Shown here in pieces: positions 51,783-62,400 of a stretch of 64,000 nucleotides of DNA. This DNA is from Pirellulales bacterium. GTDB lineage: Bacteria; Planctomycetota; Planctomycetia; Pirellulales; UBA1268. The DNA is taken from contig JBIIGJ010000004.1 of the NCBI GenBank assembly GCA_044236455.1, positions 584 to 64,583 of the forward strand, read 5' to 3'. The notes beneath the pieces were generated by a model. The model was not told the origin of the DNA. It saw only the letters and a list, made by a program, of their open reading frames with translations, and searched no databases. The position numbers and the translations under genes were made by a program. Each line of letters opens with the position of its first letter. Position 1 is the first letter of the stretch.

Positions 51783-52154
51783 ATGTTTCTAACGAAGAAA
51801 TCACGTTTTCCTCACAATGCACTGGGCCTCCAGACGACGAGTCTTCGGGTGTCCCGGACGGTGAGGGCCTCCGGGGCTTTTTGGGCTTCCAGGGTTTCCA
51901 AGGCTTCCGAAGGGCTGGCCGATCAGCCGGCTGCCCAAGCCCGACTGCAGCCACATCGCGTGCTGCGGATTTCCCGAAATGAGACAGATCCGGTGCAGAT
52001 CATCCTTGCCGCCCATGTTCAGCTGCGACGTTGGCGGCGGAGTGAACTAGGAGAACCGGCTCTGAGGAGTCGGCGGCGAATTCACGAGATTCTCGCTGCC
52101 CGGGATGCGCTTGTGATGCGGGTGGCCAGGCGGAATGCGATCCCGCCGCGGTGA
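51783..52154 (+). CDS. small protein with J-domain-like helical module (no HPD)
   Basis: PHRVLRISRNETDPVQIILAA...RRIHEILAARDAL resembles a 'HYxLLG..E.D...I..AA...NEI..A...L' module I recall from planctomycete proteins; start uncertain. Confidence 0.45.
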   Translation: MFLTKKSRFPHNALGLQTTSLRVSRTVRASGAFWASRVSKASEGLADQPAAQARLQPHRVLRISRNETDPVQIILAAHVQLRRWRRSELGEPALRSRRRIHEILAARDALVMRVARRNAIPPR

Positions 52155-52266
52155 GCGTGGCGGAGGCTGTCTCAGGCCGTTCAGACGGCCGTCGAAGTCG
52201 CGTCCGTGCGGGAAACCGGCGCCCATGAATCGCCCCCGACTCAAAGCCCCTGAACGAGCGACTCGT

Positions 52267-52306
52267 ATTAACCCATCGTTAATGCCCCTCCTGCGGATGG
52301 TATAAC
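52267..52306 (+). promoter_or_regulatory. operator palindrome plus extended -10 of the kinase gene
   Basis: ATTAAC-N5-GTTAAT (52267-52283); TGgTATAAC (52298-52306), 9 nt before the ATG. Confidence 0.55.
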
Positions 52307-52315
52307 CGCCGGCGT

Positions 52316-55300
52316 ATGGATCGTTTTGCCGGACCGGACGCGCCCACGGGAGACCCCTCGAAGGAAGAGGCGTCGCACTATTTCTTGAGCGATCTTTCCG
52401 GACAGGCGGATTCATTCGGCTTCGACGGCGAGCAGATCATCGAGTTGGCGGCTGGCAGCGATCTCGGCGGCGTGACGATCATCCGGATGCTGGCCGAAGG
52501 GGGCATGGGGCGTGTTTATGAGGGCCGCCAACGGGCTCCCGACCGTCCTGTGGCGGTAAAGGTGTTGCGCGACGGGCTGGCGAGCCGCGCGATCATGAGA
52601 CGCTTCGAGCAGGAGGCGCACCTGCTGGCGCGGCTGCGGCATCCCCACATCGCGCAGGTGCACACGCTGGGCACCAGTCGTCACGGCAATCGCGATGTGC
52701 CGTTCTTCGTGATGGAGTTGGTGGAGGGGGCGCTGCCGATCGACCGCTTCGTGCGCGACCGCGGCATTCCAGTGCGGGAGCAGGTGGCGCTGCTGCGCCG
52801 CGTGGCGGCGGCCGTGGCCTATGGCCACCGGATGGGGATCGTGCACCGGGATCTCAAGCCCGGCAACATCCTCGTGGGCGCCGATGGCGAGCCGAAGGTG
52901 ATCGACTTTGGCGTGGCACGGTCCACAGACGCCGATCTTGCGATCACGACGCTCCAGACCGAGGCAGGGCAGTTGGTCGGAACGCTCCGGTACATGAGCC
53001 CCGAACAGTTCGACGCCGACGCCTCCCGGATCGATGCACCGACCGATGTCTATGCACTTGGTCTGGTGCTGCACGAGCTGCTCGCCGGGGAGTTGCCCTA
53101 CGAGGTGAGGGGCAAGCCGATCGTGGTAGCGGCGCGGATCATCCGCGAGCAGGAGCCGCAGGCTGTTGCGACCATATGCCGAGCCTTGCGTGCGGAAGCT
53201 GGCGTGGGCGCAACGGAGGCCCGGCAACTGGCCGCGATCACCGAGAAGTGCCTGCAGAAACACCCGGCCGACCGCTATGCGACGGCCGATGCCCTGGAGG
53301 CCGATCTCGCGCGGTGGCTCTCCGGCGAGTCGGTGCTTGCCCGGCCGGCGACGGTGGCCGAGCGGGCGGTCCGCTGGGTGGCTCGTCATCGCCTGCTGAC
53401 GGCAGCCGCCGCGATGGTCTGCATCGCCGCCCTCTCCGCGGGCTTTTTTTCGAGCCGTGCACGGCATCAAGAGCAGCTGGCCCAGCTGCATCGCGCTGCC
53501 GAGCGTGAGGAAGCCTATTTCTCGGCCGTGCAGCGGTCGGCGGCGGCCGTCGACCGCCGCAACATTCCGCTCGCGGCTGGCCTGTTGGAGCGGGCTCAAA
53601 CGCTCGACGCCGTTCCGGGGCGACCGATCGAGCTCGACTGTCTCGCGGCGCGGCTCGACGATTCCGTGGCGGTACTGGCAGGGCATGCTGCGATCGTGCG
53701 GGCCGTGGCTGCTGCACCGGCCGGCGACCGACTGGTGACGGGGGATGATCAAGGTGTCATCCGTTTCTGGACGACCGATGAGCAGGCTGTCTATCGGGAG
53801 TCGCATCGAGTCGACGGGCACGATGCGGCGGTCTGGTCGGCGGCAGTGTCGCCTGATGGCCGGCAGGTGGCTACGGCCGCGGAGGACGGCACCGCAATCG
53901 TCTGGGATGCCGTCGATGGCCGGATCATCAGCAGGCTCGAAGGGCATGCTGGTGCGATCTACGGCCTGGCGTTTGCCGCCGGCGGAAGCGTGGTTGCCAC
54001 TGCATCGGGCGACGGCACGATCTGCCTGTGGGAGGCGGGAAGTGGCACGAAGCGGGCTACCATCACGCCCGACTGGCGGCAGGGGGCACACGACCGAAAT
54101 GTGTATGGCGTGGCGTTCACGTCGAGCGGCGACCGTCTCGCTGCGGCGTGCGGCGATGGCGTGATTCGGCTTTGGCAGGCCGGCACGGGCGAGCAACTGC
54201 CTGATCTTCAGGGGCACTCTCGGCGGGTCTTCGCCGTCTGCTTTTCCCCCGACGACAGGCGGCTCGCATCGGCGTCGGAGGATGGCACCGCCCGGCTCTG
54301 GAATGTGGAGACGGGTATGGGCGACGACGTGTTGCGGCATCCCCTGCGGGTAAACGGTGTGGCCTGGACGGCAGATGGCTCCCGCCTCGCTACGGTTTCG
54401 GCCGACGGAATCCTGCGATTCTGGAATCCCGCGAGCGGCCGGGTGGAGCGCACGTGTGTCGGGCATCGCGATGGCATCTGGTCGGTGGCTCGGCTGCCCG
54501 CCGACCGGTTCGCCACCGCCTCGGCCGATGCGACCACGCGGGTGTGGGATGCCGACGGCGGCAACGAGCCCGTCATGGCCTGCGGCAGTGACGACGGCGT
54601 TGGCGTTCGGGGCGTGGCCTGTGCGGCCGATGGACGGCTGGTGGCGACGGCCACGGGGCAGGGAAAGGTGCGGCTTTGGGATCTGGATGCCTGCATGGTC
54701 GCTCGTGACCTGCCGGCTGTTCGCGGCCGGGTGAACGCTGTCGATTTTTCACCTGTCGGCAGACTGCTGGCCGCGGCCTGCGGCGATGGCTCCGTTCTCA
54801 TCTACGGGGCGGAAGACGGCGCCGAACAAGGACGTTTCGCGGCGCATTCGGGCCCGGCCTTTGCCGCGGTGTTCTCGCCCGACGGCGAGCGGATCGCCAC
54901 GGCCGGGGCTGAGCGGCAGGTGGGGGATCGCAAAGAGAGTGGGAGCGAGCAAGGAGCGGTCCGGATCCGTCGCGTGACGCCCGGCGACGACAGGCACGTG
55001 CTGACGCTGCCGCATCCGGCTCGGGCTCATGCCGCGGCCTGGTCTCCCGATGGCAGGCGGCTGGCCACCGCGTGCGCCGATCGTCTCGTGCGGGAGTGGG
55101 ATACGGCGACAGGCATGCTGCTCGGCAGCTTCGCGGGGCATGCCGACGACGTCAACTGGGTGGCCTGGTCGCGGGACGGCAGCCGCGTCGCATCGGCATC
55201 ATCCGATGGCACGGTGCGGCTCTGGAGGCCGGCAGACGGCTGGTCGAGCAGCGAACTGACGGGGCCTGTCGGCCAGGTGTGGGAAGTGGTCTTTTCGCCC

Positions 55301-55528
55301 GATGGCACCCGCATCGCGGGCGTGGGCGCCGACGGCAGCCTGCACCTCTGGCACGCTGCGAGCGGCCGGCATCTGCTGGCGCTCGATGGGCACGACGGGC
55401 CTCTCTGGAGCGTGGTATTCGCCCCGGATGGCACGCGCATCCTCACCGGCTCCGACGACGGCACGGCACGCGTGTGGGGCGTGTCGCCGGGGGAGCTTCA
55501 CAGGCGGCGGGTGGCGCGTCGGCACTGA
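52316..55528 (+). CDS. Hanks-type Ser/Thr kinase with TM and WD40 repeats
   Basis: EGGMGRVY, VAVK, HRDLKPGN, DFG, GTLRYMSPEQ; TM; many GH...WD repeats. Confidence 0.93.
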   Translation: MDRFAGPDAPTGDPSKEEASHYFLSDLSGQADSFGFDGEQIIELAAGSDLGGVTIIRMLAEGGMGRVYEGRQRAPDRPVAVKVLRDGLASRAIMRRFEQEAHLLARLRHPHIAQVHTLGTSRHGNRDVPFFVMELVEGALPIDRFVRDRGIPVREQVALLRRVAAAVAYGHRMGIVHRDLKPGNILVGADGEPKVIDFGVARSTDADLAITTLQTEAGQLVGTLRYMSPEQFDADASRIDAPTDVYALGLVLHELLAGELPYEVRGKPIVVAARIIREQEPQAVATICRALRAEAGVGATEARQLAAITEKCLQKHPADRYATADALEADLARWLSGESVLARPATVAERAVRWVARHRLLTAAAAMVCIAALSAGFFSSRARHQEQLAQLHRAAEREEAYFSAVQRSAAAVDRRNIPLAAGLLERAQTLDAVPGRPIELDCLAARLDDSVAVLAGHAAIVRAVAAAPAGDRLVTGDDQGVIRFWTTDEQAVYRESHRVDGHDAAVWSAAVSPDGRQVATAAEDGTAIVWDAVDGRIISRLEGHAGAIYGLAFAAGGSVVATASGDGTICLWEAGSGTKRATITPDWRQGAHDRNVYGVAFTSSGDRLAAACGDGVIRLWQAGTGEQLPDLQGHSRRVFAVCFSPDDRRLASASEDGTARLWNVETGMGDDVLRHPLRVNGVAWTADGSRLATVSADGILRFWNPASGRVERTCVGHRDGIWSVARLPADRFATASADATTRVWDADGGNEPVMACGSDDGVGVRGVACAADGRLVATATGQGKVRLWDLDACMVARDLPAVRGRVNAVDFSPVGRLLAAACGDGSVLIYGAEDGAEQGRFAAHSGPAFAAVFSPDGERIATAGAERQVGDRKESGSEQGAVRIRRVTPGDDRHVLTLPHPARAHAAAWSPDGRRLATACADRLVREWDTATGMLLGSFAGHADDVNWVAWSRDGSRVASASSDGTVRLWRPADGWSSSELTGPVGQVWEVVFSPDGTRIAGVGADGSLHLWHAASGRHLLALDGHDGPLWSVVFAPDGTRILTGSDDGTARVWGVSPGELHRRRVARRH

Positions 55529-55532
55529 CGGT

Positions 55533-56468
55533 TCACGATCGGGGCGACGATCCGGGGGTGATGCCCAGCTCGCGGCAGACGTTTTCGGTGATCCTCTTCA
55601 CGAGCATTTCGTAGTCGATGCCTGCCGGCAGGCCGCGGCCGTTGGTCGCCGACGGCGCGGCCGAAGCGACCTCCGGGTGTGTGGCAAAGGCCTTCCGAGC
55701 CACTCCCACCTCCTGCCAGGTCGACCGGAACACCGCGTTGTCGCAGATGTCGCGGTCGTTCATGTTCAGGTCGAGCCGCGCGTCGGTGTAGCCCCACTTC
55801 TGCTTGAGGTCGAGCAGGGCCCGCGTCTCCTGACCCGTGAGGTAGACGATGCCGCCCAAGCCTTTCGCGAGCATCAGGATGCGACAGTAGGCGTCGACGA
55901 TTTCGGTCCACCAGTAGGCCCTTTCGACCGTCGCACCGAAGCTGACCGTGCCATGGTTGGCCAGCAGGATCACGTTCGATCGCTTCACGACCGGCTTGAT
56001 CGTGTCGGCGAACATCTGATTGCCGGGCGTTTCGTACCGGGAGATCGGAATGTCACCAAGAAACACCTCCACCTCCGGAAGCACCGCCTGCGGAATCGGC
56101 TCGCGGGCCACGGCGAAGGCGGTGGCGTGCGGCGGATGGCAGTGCACGACGCTGTTCACGTCGGGGCGTTCCTTCATGATCGTGAGATGCAGGAGGATCT
56201 CGCTCGACCGTTTGCGCTTGCCGGCGAGCTGGTTGCCCTCCATGTCGACGATGCAGAGGTCGGCGGGGGTCATGAAACCCTTCGACATCATCGTGGGGGT
56301 GCACAGCACCTTGTTCGGTCCCAGGCGGTAGGAGATGTTGCCGTCGTTGCCGGCCGCGAAGCCCTTGTTGTAGATGCGCCGACCGATGTCACAAATCTCG
56401 TCCTTCAGCGAGGCGAGCGACTTTGTGGCGGTCTTGGCGGCAGGCTTCGTCGCGGTCTTCTTGGCCAT
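55533..56468 (-). CDS. class II aldolase (fuculose/rhamnulose-1-P aldolase-like) with C-terminal encapsulation-peptide-like helix
   Basis: DGNIS, SSEILLH, VHCHPP, LANHG; linker then DYEMLVKRITENVCRELG. Confidence 0.88.
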   Translation of the reverse strand: MAKKTATKPAAKTATKSLASLKDEICDIGRRIYNKGFAAGNDGNISYRLGPNKVLCTPTMMSKGFMTPADLCIVDMEGNQLAGKRKRSSEILLHLTIMKERPDVNSVVHCHPPHATAFAVAREPIPQAVLPEVEVFLGDIPISRYETPGNQMFADTIKPVVKRSNVILLANHGTVSFGATVERAYWWTEIVDAYCRILMLAKGLGGIVYLTGQETRALLDLKQKWGYTDARLDLNMNDRDICDNAVFRSTWQEVGVARKAFATHPEVASAAPSATNGRGLPAGIDYEMLVKRITENVCRELGITPGSSPRS

Positions 56469-56557
56469 GATGGCTCCTGGGGATTTTCGATGGGAGGAAA
56501 CAGGTGGGCTGAAAGAGACAAGTTCTGTGGGAGACGGATCACTTTTGAGCCGACATC

Positions 56558-57388
56558 TTATGCCGGGCGGGCCTTGTCCGCCGAGTGGCCACCGGGCCGA
56601 ACGGTCGGCGACGCTTCTTCTGCCTCGGGCACCGGGGCGATGAACAGGCTGGCTTGTGACGCGGTGACGATGTCACGCCACCGCTGCGGCAGGCCATCAT
56701 CGCTCACAACGAGATCGATGGCGTCGAGCGCGGAGACGAGCGTCAGGCTCTTGCGGCCAAATTTCGAACTATCGGCCACGACCATCACGCGGCCGGCGGC
56801 CTTGAGCATCGCCTGCTCGGTCTCGGCCAACAACAAGTGAGCGTTGAAGAGGCCTTCCTCGGAAATACCAGCAGCCGAGAGCACCGTCGTGGTGACGTGC
56901 AACCGGCCGAGCAGTTCGTTGGCGTAGGGGCCCAGGCAGACACCCGTGCGGGGCGAGACATAACCGCCGAGGAGCACCAGGTCGGTCCGGGCCTCCGTGG
57001 CGAAGAGGTTCGCCACAGGAAGACTGTTGGTAACGACCTGAAGCGACCGCCCGACGAGCAGGCGGGCCACCTCGTAGGTGGTCGTGCCGCCGTCGAGCAG
57101 CACGGTCTCCCCGTCCTCGATCACCGACGCCGCCGTCACTGCGATCGCCCGCTTGGCGGCCCAGTTGGCGGGCTGCCGTTCGTCGAACTCCGCCAGTCGG
57201 GGCATGCCGCCGGAGTAGAGCACGCCGCCGTGGGTCCGCTTGGCAGATCCCTGTTCCTCCAGGGCGTCGAGATCCCGGCGCACCGTCGATTCCGACACGC
57301 CGAGTTCACGGACGAGTTCTTCCAGCGCGGCAAAGCCGCGAATCCGGATGATGTCGAGCAGCCTGCTACGGCGGTCCTGGTTCTGCAC
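56558..57388 (-). CDS. DeoR/GlpR-family transcriptional regulator
   Basis: LGVSESTVRRDL, RTHGG, LDGGTTT, VVTNS, DSSKFG. Confidence 0.92.
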   Translation of the reverse strand: MQNQDRRSRLLDIIRIRGFAALEELVRELGVSESTVRRDLDALEEQGSAKRTHGGVLYSGGMPRLAEFDERQPANWAAKRAIAVTAASVIEDGETVLLDGGTTTYEVARLLVGRSLQVVTNSLPVANLFATEARTDLVLLGGYVSPRTGVCLGPYANELLGRLHVTTTVLSAAGISEEGLFNAHLLLAETEQAMLKAAGRVMVVADSSKFGRKSLTLVSALDAIDLVVSDDGLPQRWRDIVTASQASLFIAPVPEAEEASPTVRPGGHSADKARPA

Positions 57389-57413
57389 GGCGTGGGCACT
57401 CCCTGCTGGATGA

Positions 57414-57441
57414 ATTATGATGGAATCAAGGCTGAACTCAA
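57414..57441 (-). promoter_or_regulatory. sigma70-like promoter of the DeoR-aldolase operon
   Basis: Minus strand TTGAGT-N16-CATAAT, with CTTGA repeated twice. Confidence 0.5.
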
Positions 57442-57580
57442 GCACAAAATGTGAAGAAACGGTCGTGCGAATGGCTGGTATCTTTCAGTCTTGTGGGCTG
57501 AAACAGGCATCGGGGGAGGAACTGCTATGCTCCGGAAGTGGGCACGGCGGACTGCATCCATCCCAAAGGGCTGAGCCACC

Positions 57581-58123
57581 ATGGCAACTTCACCGCGTCA
57601 GGAATTCGAGAAGGACATCGAAAAGGTCCGCACCATGCACGAGGAGATCGTCCGGGGTGCGGGCGGCACGCCGGGCGGCACCTGGCTGTTCTTCTCGGGC
57701 CTGGTGCTCGCCGCCGCCGGCCTCTGGTTCTTCCTGAGCAACGTGCACGTCGTGACCCGGGATTTCGGGATGTTCTCCGGCGCGTTCAGCCGGGGCATGC
57801 TGGGCGGCGGCATGCCCGCCATGAGCACCGGCATCGTGTTCGCGCCGATCTTCTTTGGCCTCGTGTTGCTGTTCTACGATGCCCGCATGAAGTGGGGCTG
57901 GGTGCTCTTCTATACCGGGTTGGCGATCATCGTGATCGAGATCCTCAGCCGCATCCAGTTTCTGATGGACATGCGGACGAGCAACCTGCTGCTCATGCTG
58001 GGCATGATCGCCGCAGGGATCGGCATGATGCTACGGAGTTTTCGTGATGCGTCGCAGGACGCGCCTGGAGATACTGCTCCCGGCACGGGGTCGTCGCCGC
58101 AGGACAAGACGTCGTCGGGCTGA
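57581..58123 (+). CDS. hypothetical membrane protein (4 TM)
   Basis: GAGGTPGG then four hydrophobic segments. Confidence 0.75.
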   Translation: MATSPRQEFEKDIEKVRTMHEEIVRGAGGTPGGTWLFFSGLVLAAAGLWFFLSNVHVVTRDFGMFSGAFSRGMLGGGMPAMSTGIVFAPIFFGLVLLFYDARMKWGWVLFYTGLAIIVIEILSRIQFLMDMRTSNLLLMLGMIAAGIGMMLRSFRDASQDAPGDTAPGTGSSPQDKTSSG

Positions 58124-58127
58124 TTCC

Positions 58128-58254
58128 TGCGTGTTGGGGATCGAGAGACCCAAGCCGCCGGGGGCGGTGAAAGCCTCCGGCTCGAGGCGAGGATACGCCG
58201 ACTCGCTTCGGGTTCCCCCGACCCCCGGCTCCTCAGACGAAACAAGAACCCGCA
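58128..58254. other. long imperfect hairpin between convergent genes (possible structured RNA or bidirectional terminator)
   Basis: GCCGGGGG/CCCCCGGC (58157-64/58222-29), CGAGGCGAG/CTCGCTTCG (58183-91/58202-10), outer TGCG/CGCA. Confidence 0.45.
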
Positions 58255-58288
58255 CCAGTCCACCGGACAAGCTTTCTCATGAGCATCG

Positions 58289-58810
58289 TCAGGCGGATCC
58301 GAGTCCTTCCATTCGCCGCCAGGCGCTCAACTGGCCCAGGTGCATCATCATGTGCCCGCCACAGTAGAACGTCTGTACGGAGCCGAGCGTGGGAAAGAGT
58401 TCCCTCATCCGTCCCTCTGACGGATTGGGCTGCTGGAACGTCGAGTCGGGTGTGCCGCGGAGCGCGCCGGCGAGCATGCGGTGCCCCTCGAAGAAGAATG
58501 CAGTGATCTCGTCCATCGGAGGGTAGAGATCGGCATCCTCGTCGTCACGGCAGGTGGCGTCCTTCGAGAACAGGTGCTCAAAAAGGTCGGGGACCGAGGG
58601 CGACGGGTGGCCGATCTGCTGGAGCACCTTCGGCGCATAGAGGCTCAAGTGACCGTAGATGAACGCCGGATGGTTCGAGTCGACGACCCGGTCGCCGATC
58701 CGGGCGAAGCGAGCGAACCGCTCCGCCGGCACGTGTTTCAGCAGGCGTTCCGCATAGCCGACCGACAGTTGCAGCGTGTCGGCGATGATGTTTCCAAGTG
58801 AGCGTGACAT
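58289..58810 (-). CDS. DinB-family protein
   Basis: NHPAFIYGHL ... GHMMMHLGQLSAWRR. Confidence 0.8.
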   Translation of the reverse strand: MSRSLGNIIADTLQLSVGYAERLLKHVPAERFARFARIGDRVVDSNHPAFIYGHLSLYAPKVLQQIGHPSPSVPDLFEHLFSKDATCRDDEDADLYPPMDEITAFFFEGHRMLAGALRGTPDSTFQQPNPSEGRMRELFPTLGSVQTFYCGGHMMMHLGQLSAWRRMEGLGSA

Positions 58811-58868
58811 GAGGGGCTCCTGGAGGGCTGGAACTCGACTGTTGAGTGTAGCAGGGGCTTCTCGTCGG

Positions 58869-59486
58869 TCAGGCAAGGTCGCCCGAGGCGATCCGGTTGA
58901 TCGCCTCGGGAAGCGCGTCGCATTCGGCGGCGAAGACCCGCGCGGCCAGCGATTCCGGGCTGTCGTCGCGGAGCACCGGCACCGTCTTTTGCAGCAGAAT
59001 CCGGCCATGGTCGTATTCGTTGTCGACCAGATGCACGGTGCAGCCCGAGACGGTGCAGCCCCGGTCGATGACGGCGCGGTGGACATGCATGCCGTGAAAC
59101 CCCTTGCCCCCAAAGGCAGGCAGCAGGGCGGGATGGATGTTGATGACCCGGCCGGTGAAGTCGGCGGGGATTTCCACCAGGTGCAGAAAGCCGGCCATCA
59201 CCACGAGGTCGGGCTGCTCCGCGCGGCAGGTGGCGAAGATCTCGCGGCTCCAGTCGGCGAGCGGCCGGCCAGCCGGCGGCAAAACGGTCACCGGGATGCC
59301 GGCCCGCTTGGCGATCTGCACTCCCCGGACGTCACCCCGGCTCGACACCACCGTCGCCACGCTCGCAGCCAGCCGGCCCGCGGAGATCCACTCGAGCAGA
59401 TTGTCGAGCGTGCGCCCCGAGCCCGACAGCAGCACCGCCAGGCGGAGCGTCTTTCCGTCAGTCCGTGAGGCAGCAGCACCGTTCAC
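58869..59486 (-). CDS. purN: phosphoribosylglycinamide formyltransferase
   Basis: [31 protein letters not shown]. Confidence 0.93.
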   Translation of the reverse strand: MNGAAASRTDGKTLRLAVLLSGSGRTLDNLLEWISAGRLAASVATVVSSRGDVRGVQIAKRAGIPVTVLPPAGRPLADWSREIFATCRAEQPDLVVMAGFLHLVEIPADFTGRVINIHPALLPAFGGKGFHGMHVHRAVIDRGCTVSGCTVHLVDNEYDHGRILLQKTVPVLRDDSPESLAARVFAAECDALPEAINRIASGDLA

Positions 59487-62400
59487 GCCACACCCCCGGT
59501 CGCAGGCTTGGCCTGTGCAACGCGACGGATCGACATCGTCAGTGGATGACCGTCGATGTCGATCGATTCGGCCGTTCCGCCGGCCAGCGGGCCAAAGGTT
59601 GCCGAACTGGCGAGCGTTTCGGAGGCGACGTAGTCGAGATGCCGCTCGATGGCGGCCCGCAATTCAGGCGAGGCGGTGTCGAATGCCAGTTCGATCCGGT
59701 CAGTGAACTCGAGATCCAGCGTCTTTCGCTGCGATTGCACCGCGTGGACAACCTCGCGGACGAGGCCTTCGGCGACGAGTTCCGGCGTGAGTTGGCTGGC
59801 CACCACCACGACGGCACGCGGCCCTTCCGCGGCGGCCCAGCCCTCCTTGGCAGTCGTGCGAATCATGACGTCATCCTTTTCGATCACCGCCTCCCCGCCG
59901 CCGGCGAGCGGAATCGTGGCCCGGCCGTCACGGTGCAGGGCGGCAAGCAGCGCGGCGGCATCGGTCTTCGTGATCGCATCACGGGCCTTCGGAAGATCCT
60001 TGCCCAGCCGTGGGCCCAGCTTCTTGAGATCGGGGAGCACCGCCCGCGTGATGTAGCGGTCGGGCTCGCGGCAGATCTCGAACTGCTTCACGTTGAGTTC
60101 GTCGCAGACCAGATCGGCGTGGGCCTCGAGCCAGGCGGCGTCGGCGGCGTCGTGGCCCTCGGCGAGAATGACCTCCACCTTCGAGAGCGGCTGGCGAACC
60201 TTGAGCTTTTCGGCGGCCCGCGCCGCCCGTCCCAGTGACGATACGTCCCGGACGATCGCCATGCGACGGACGAGAGCGCGGTCGATCAGGGCCTCGCTGC
60301 CGGTGGGGTAGTCGGTGAGGTGCACGCTCTCGGGCGCCGTGTCGCCGAACGGCGCCACCGCCAGGTTCCGCCAGATGGCCTCGCTCACGAAGGGCACGAA
60401 CGGCGCGGCCAGCCGGGCGATCGTGAGCAGCGTCTCGTAGAGCGTCCAGTAGGCGTCGAGCTTGGCGGCGTTGCCCTCCGGGCCGGTGTCGGCCCGGCCC
60501 GCCGCCCAGAAGCGGTCGCGGCTGCGGCGGACGAACCAGTTGCTGACGGCATCGACGAGGGCGGAAAGCTCACCGGCGGCGCCAAAGTGGTCGTAGCGAT
60601 CCATCCGTTCGACCATTGCGGCGGCCGTCGCGTTGAGCTCTGAAAGCATCCAGCGATCGAGCTCGCCGCGGTCGGCGACGGGTCGGTAGCCGCGGGCCTT
60701 CGCCAGGTCGGGATGGTCGAGCGAACCGGCCGCGTCGAGGAGCCCGCCCGGATCGAAGCCGTCGATCCGGGCGTAGATCACGAAGAACGAATAGACGTTC
60801 CACAGCCGCAGCAGAAACTCGGGAACGCTCTCGCGGATCGACCGTTCGCTGTAGCGGATGCTCGTCCACGGCGGCTGGCCGGCAAGGAAGAACCACCGCA
60901 GCGCATCGGCGCCGTACTTGTCGAAGATCTCGGCCGGCTCGCGGTAGTTGCGCTTGCTCTTGCTCATCTTCTGGCCGTCTTCGCCCAGCATGTGGCCCAG
61001 CACGATGCAGGTGCGGAACGGATGCGGATAGGCCTTTTCCTTGTCGCCGAACAGCAGCGTGCTGATCGCCAGCTGGCTGTAGAACCAGCCACGCGTCTGG
61101 TCGATCGCCTCGGAGATGAAATCGGCTGGAAACTGCGACTGGAACTGCTCCTGACCGCGGTGCGGCCAGCCCCACTGCGCAAACGGCATCGCGCCGGAAT
61201 CGAACCAGCAGTCGATCACTTCCGGCACCCGACGCATCCGCGATCCCGGCGCGAAGGGGGAGACGTAGGTGACCGCGTCGATGTAGGGCTTGTGCACCCG
61301 GAGGTCGTCGGAGAGCTTTGGATTCGCCGCCTTGGCCTTGTCGAAGACGTCGGTGCCCTGCACGCCCGGCTTGGCAACGAGGGCCGCATACGACGGCACC
61401 GCCTCGGCCTTGCCCGTCGTCTCGCACTTCCAGATCGGCAGCGGCGTGCCCCAGTAGCGCTCACGCGACAGGGCCCAGTCGACATTGGTCTCGAGGAAGT
61501 TGCCGAACCGGCCGTCCTTGATGTGCTCGGGCAGCCAGTCGATCCGTGCGTTGTTGGCGAGCATCTGCTCGCGGAACTGGCTGGTGCGGATGAACCAGCT
61601 CTGCCGCGGATATTGGATGAGCGGATCGTTGTCGGCCCGCCAGCAGAACGGATAGTCGTGGACGTACTGCTCCTGGTGCACGAGCAGGTTTCGCGCCCGC
61701 AGGTCGCGCGTGATGTCGCGGTCGCATTCCTTGACGAACCGGCCGCTCACCATGGGGAACGTGTCGGTGAACGTGCCGTCCGGGGCCACGCAGTTGATGA
61801 GGGTCGGCCCCCGACCGTCGGCAAACCGAGCCTGCTCGCTGGAGAGCACCGTGTAGTCGACCTCGCCGAAGGCGGGCGCGATGTGAACGATGCCGGTGCC
61901 GGAGTCGGTGGTCACGAAGTCGGCGGCGACCACCCGCCAGGCGGCGGGCTGCGAGCCGCCGGCCTTGAGCGGCACCGGCTGCGGCGGGCCGGCGGGGCGG
62001 AAGGTGTCGAACGGCGGCAGGTAGGATCGGCCCACGAGCGTTGAGCCTGGGAAGCGGTCGACTACCTGGAACTGCTTCTTCATCTTCTCGCCCAGTGCCG
62101 CGGCCAGTGGCTCGGCAACGATGTATTCCGGGGCGGCGGATGCACCGGTGCCGTCGCTTCCGCTCGGGGCTTCCTGAAGAACGACATAGTCGAGGTCGGC
62201 CTTCACGGCCGCGAACTGGTTGGAGGGCAGCGTCCAGGGCGTGGTCGTCCAGGCCACAAGGCTGCGGTGGGTGGCGTTGCCGGCGTCGTCGAGCAGCGGG
62301 AAGGCCACGTACACGCTCGGGTCGGCCACCTCGCGGTAGCCCTGGCCCACCTCGCCGCTGGAGAGTGCCGTGCCACCCTGCGCCCACCACCAGACGATCT

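Noticed and set aside
51874..51909. Four degenerate 9-bp repeats (GGGCTTCCA-like)
   Set aside because: Too short and degenerate to call iterons or operators; they lie within the putative small ORF
58150..58245. Hammerhead or HDV-like ribozyme (CUGAGGA and UCCUCGC on the minus strand)
   Set aside because: No GAAA after stem II, and the P3 pairing around UCCUCGC fails
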